A stretch of DNA of 38,558 nucleotides, taken from contig JANOAV010000108.1 in NCBI GenBank assembly GCA_031411295.1, positions 1-38,558 of the forward strand. The letters are read 5' to 3'. Shown here piece by piece: positions 37,126-38,558 of this stretch; within the stretch, counting starts at the first letter, position 1, and every line of letters starts with the position of its first letter. The notes beneath the pieces were generated by a model, which had not been told where the DNA came from, did no database searches, and worked only from the letters and a program-made list of their open reading frames with translations. A program made the translations under genes and the position numbers. The DNA is from Verrucomicrobiales bacterium. GTDB lineage: Bacteria; Verrucomicrobiota; Verrucomicrobiia; Verrucomicrobiales; V1-33.

Positions 37126-38558
37126 ATGATCCGCCTCGCTCTCCTCGCTCTCTTGCTCTTCCTTTGCGGGCCGGCTCCTGCAGCGGAACGACGACCCAAT
37201 GTCCTTTTCATCGCGATCGATGATCTGCGCTGCGACTTGGGCTGCTATGGCGCAGCCTTGGCCAAAACCCCGCAGCTCGATGCCTTCGCTCAGACCGCTC
37301 GCGTCTTCCGGCAGCACTACGTTCAAGTGCCCACATGTGGGGCCTCGCGTTGCGCCTTGCTTCGTGGTCGCTATCCCAGCGTGGGAGCACAAGTCGGCAA
37401 TGGCGGGATTGCGCAGACGCAGAAAGATTGGGGGGCTCAGAGCCTGCCCGCCATGTTTCGCCAGAACGGGTATCAGACCCTGGCCTTGGGGAAGATTAGC
37501 CACCATCCAGGCGGACTAACGGGGAAAAATTGGGCCGCAGGTCCCGAGGAGCTACCCGGAGCATGGGATCGTGCTTGGGTTCCCGATGGCCCTTGGAAGT
37601 CCCCCGAAGCCATCATGCATGGCTACGCCAACGGAGGGGCGCGGCAGGCGGGCAAGTCTCCGGCCTGGGAGGCATTCGATGGACCGGATGACGCCTATCC
37701 TGATGCTTGGGTGGCAGCCGATGCCATGAGCACGCTCAAGCAACTAGCCACGCAGAAGCAGCCATGGTTTTTCGCAGTCGGTTTCTTCAAGCCTCACCTG
37801 CCCTTTGCTGCCCCCAAGCAGTGGCATGATCTCTATGCGGATACCACGTTTCCATTGGCTCCAGCCGCTGAGGCCAAGCCCACCTGGCCGTCCACGTGGC
37901 ATAACAGCAGCGAGTTCCGCGGAAACTATGGTCACCAGCCGGGCGAGAATCCAGATACCAACCCTGATTATGCCCAACGCATCCGCCGTGCCAACGCCGC
38001 CTGCGCCAGTTACATGGACGCTCAAGTTGGTCGAGTCCTAACCACCCTCCATGAACTAAATTTAGCGAAAGACACCATCGTCGTGGTCTGGAGCGATCAC
38101 GGATTCCTCCTCGGAGAACATGCCATCTGGGGTAAGCATTGCCTCTACGAGCAGGCTCTGCACTCGCCCCTGATGATCCGGTCCCCGGGCCTCAAAGCGC
38201 CAGGAGCGCCCAGTTCTGCATTGGTTGAGACGGTCGATCTCTTTCCTACCCTGATGGAGCTTTGCCAACTCCCTGCTCCCGCCGATCTTGATGGCCACAG
38301 TCTGTTACCGCAACTAAACGATCCCACCGCCCCGGGCACCAAACCCGCCCATGGCTTCTGGTCAGGCGGTCAACGCACCGTGCGCACGGACCGTTGGCGA
38401 CTCATTGTTCAGCCTGGCAATAAAGCCAAGACTCCCCAACTGGAGCTTTTCGATTACCAAACCGATCCCCAGGAAACCTCGAATCACGCCGCCGCCCATC
38501 CAGAAGTCGTGCAGGAACTACTCGCGAAGCTGAAGCTTGTGCCCGAGCCCACCAATGC
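37126..38558 (+). CDS. Secreted sulfatase (iduronate-2-sulfatase-like), truncated by the window edge
   Basis: Absent from the track (no stop in window). Manual translation MIRLALLALLLFLCGPAPAAERRPNVLFIAIDDLR...KTPQLD...TCGASR...GKISH...VGFFKPHLPF...WSDHGFLLGEH...WGKH; still in frame at the window end. Confidence 0.93.
   Translation, partial: MIRLALLALLLFLCGPAPAAERRPNVLFIAIDDLRCDLGCYGAALAKTPQLDAFAQTARVFRQHYVQVPTCGASRCALLRGRYPSVGAQVGNGGIAQTQKDWGAQSLPAMFRQNGYQTLALGKISHHPGGLTGKNWAAGPEELPGAWDRAWVPDGPWKSPEAIMHGYANGGARQAGKSPAWEAFDGPDDAYPDAWVAADAMSTLKQLATQKQPWFFAVGFFKPHLPFAAPKQWHDLYADTTFPLAPAAEAKPTWPSTWHNSSEFRGNYGHQPGENPDTNPDYAQRIRRANAACASYMDAQVGRVLTTLHELNLAKDTIVVVWSDHGFLLGEHAIWGKHCLYEQALHSPLMIRSPGLKAPGAPSSALVETVDLFPTLMELCQLPAPADLDGHSLLPQLNDPTAPGTKPAHGFWSGGQRTVRTDRWRLIVQPGNKAKTPQLELFDYQTDPQETSNHAAAHPEVVQELLAKLKLVPEPTN

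Noticed and set aside
38539..38550. VPEP at the end of the sulfatase as a PEP-CTERM signal
   Set aside because: The window ends before any TM or basic tail can be seen; probably coincidental.

Overview
GC-rich bacterial DNA, very likely Verrucomicrobia (Prosthecobacter/Verrucomicrobium-like, inferred from the PEP-CTERM protein, DUF1501, sulfatase and giant secreted Calx-beta/Ig proteins). About 22 genes are present: three giant modular secreted proteins sharing one C-terminal domain, a PEP-CTERM protein, an orphan DUF1501, a YHYH protein, YchJ, a TIGR04222 protein, a stand-alone A-T-TE NRPS-like enzyme with a divergent methyltransferase, an FGE-fold protein, a CobW-type GTPase, a lipoprotein, and a sulfatase running off the right edge. 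Two things stand out. (1) A compact operon: ECF sigma, ZAS anti-sigma with a prenyltransferase-repeat sensor, a ~298-aa beta-barrel with a TonB-box-like motif, then ExbB-ExbD-TonB. It resembles a cell-surface-signalling/uptake unit built around a barrel far too small for a canonical TonB-dependent receptor. (2) An AT-rich cargo island (~9.3-10.5 kb) of small ORFs separated by short GCAAGAC-GGTCAG repeats, bracketed 'inside-out' by the decayed 3' end and decayed 5' end of a RAYT/Y1-type transposase that the ORF track misses. A GTAG-REP cluster with a 133-bp tandem duplication and a 9-bp-periodic palindrome are also present. Family assignments come from motif recognition by eye; no searches were run.
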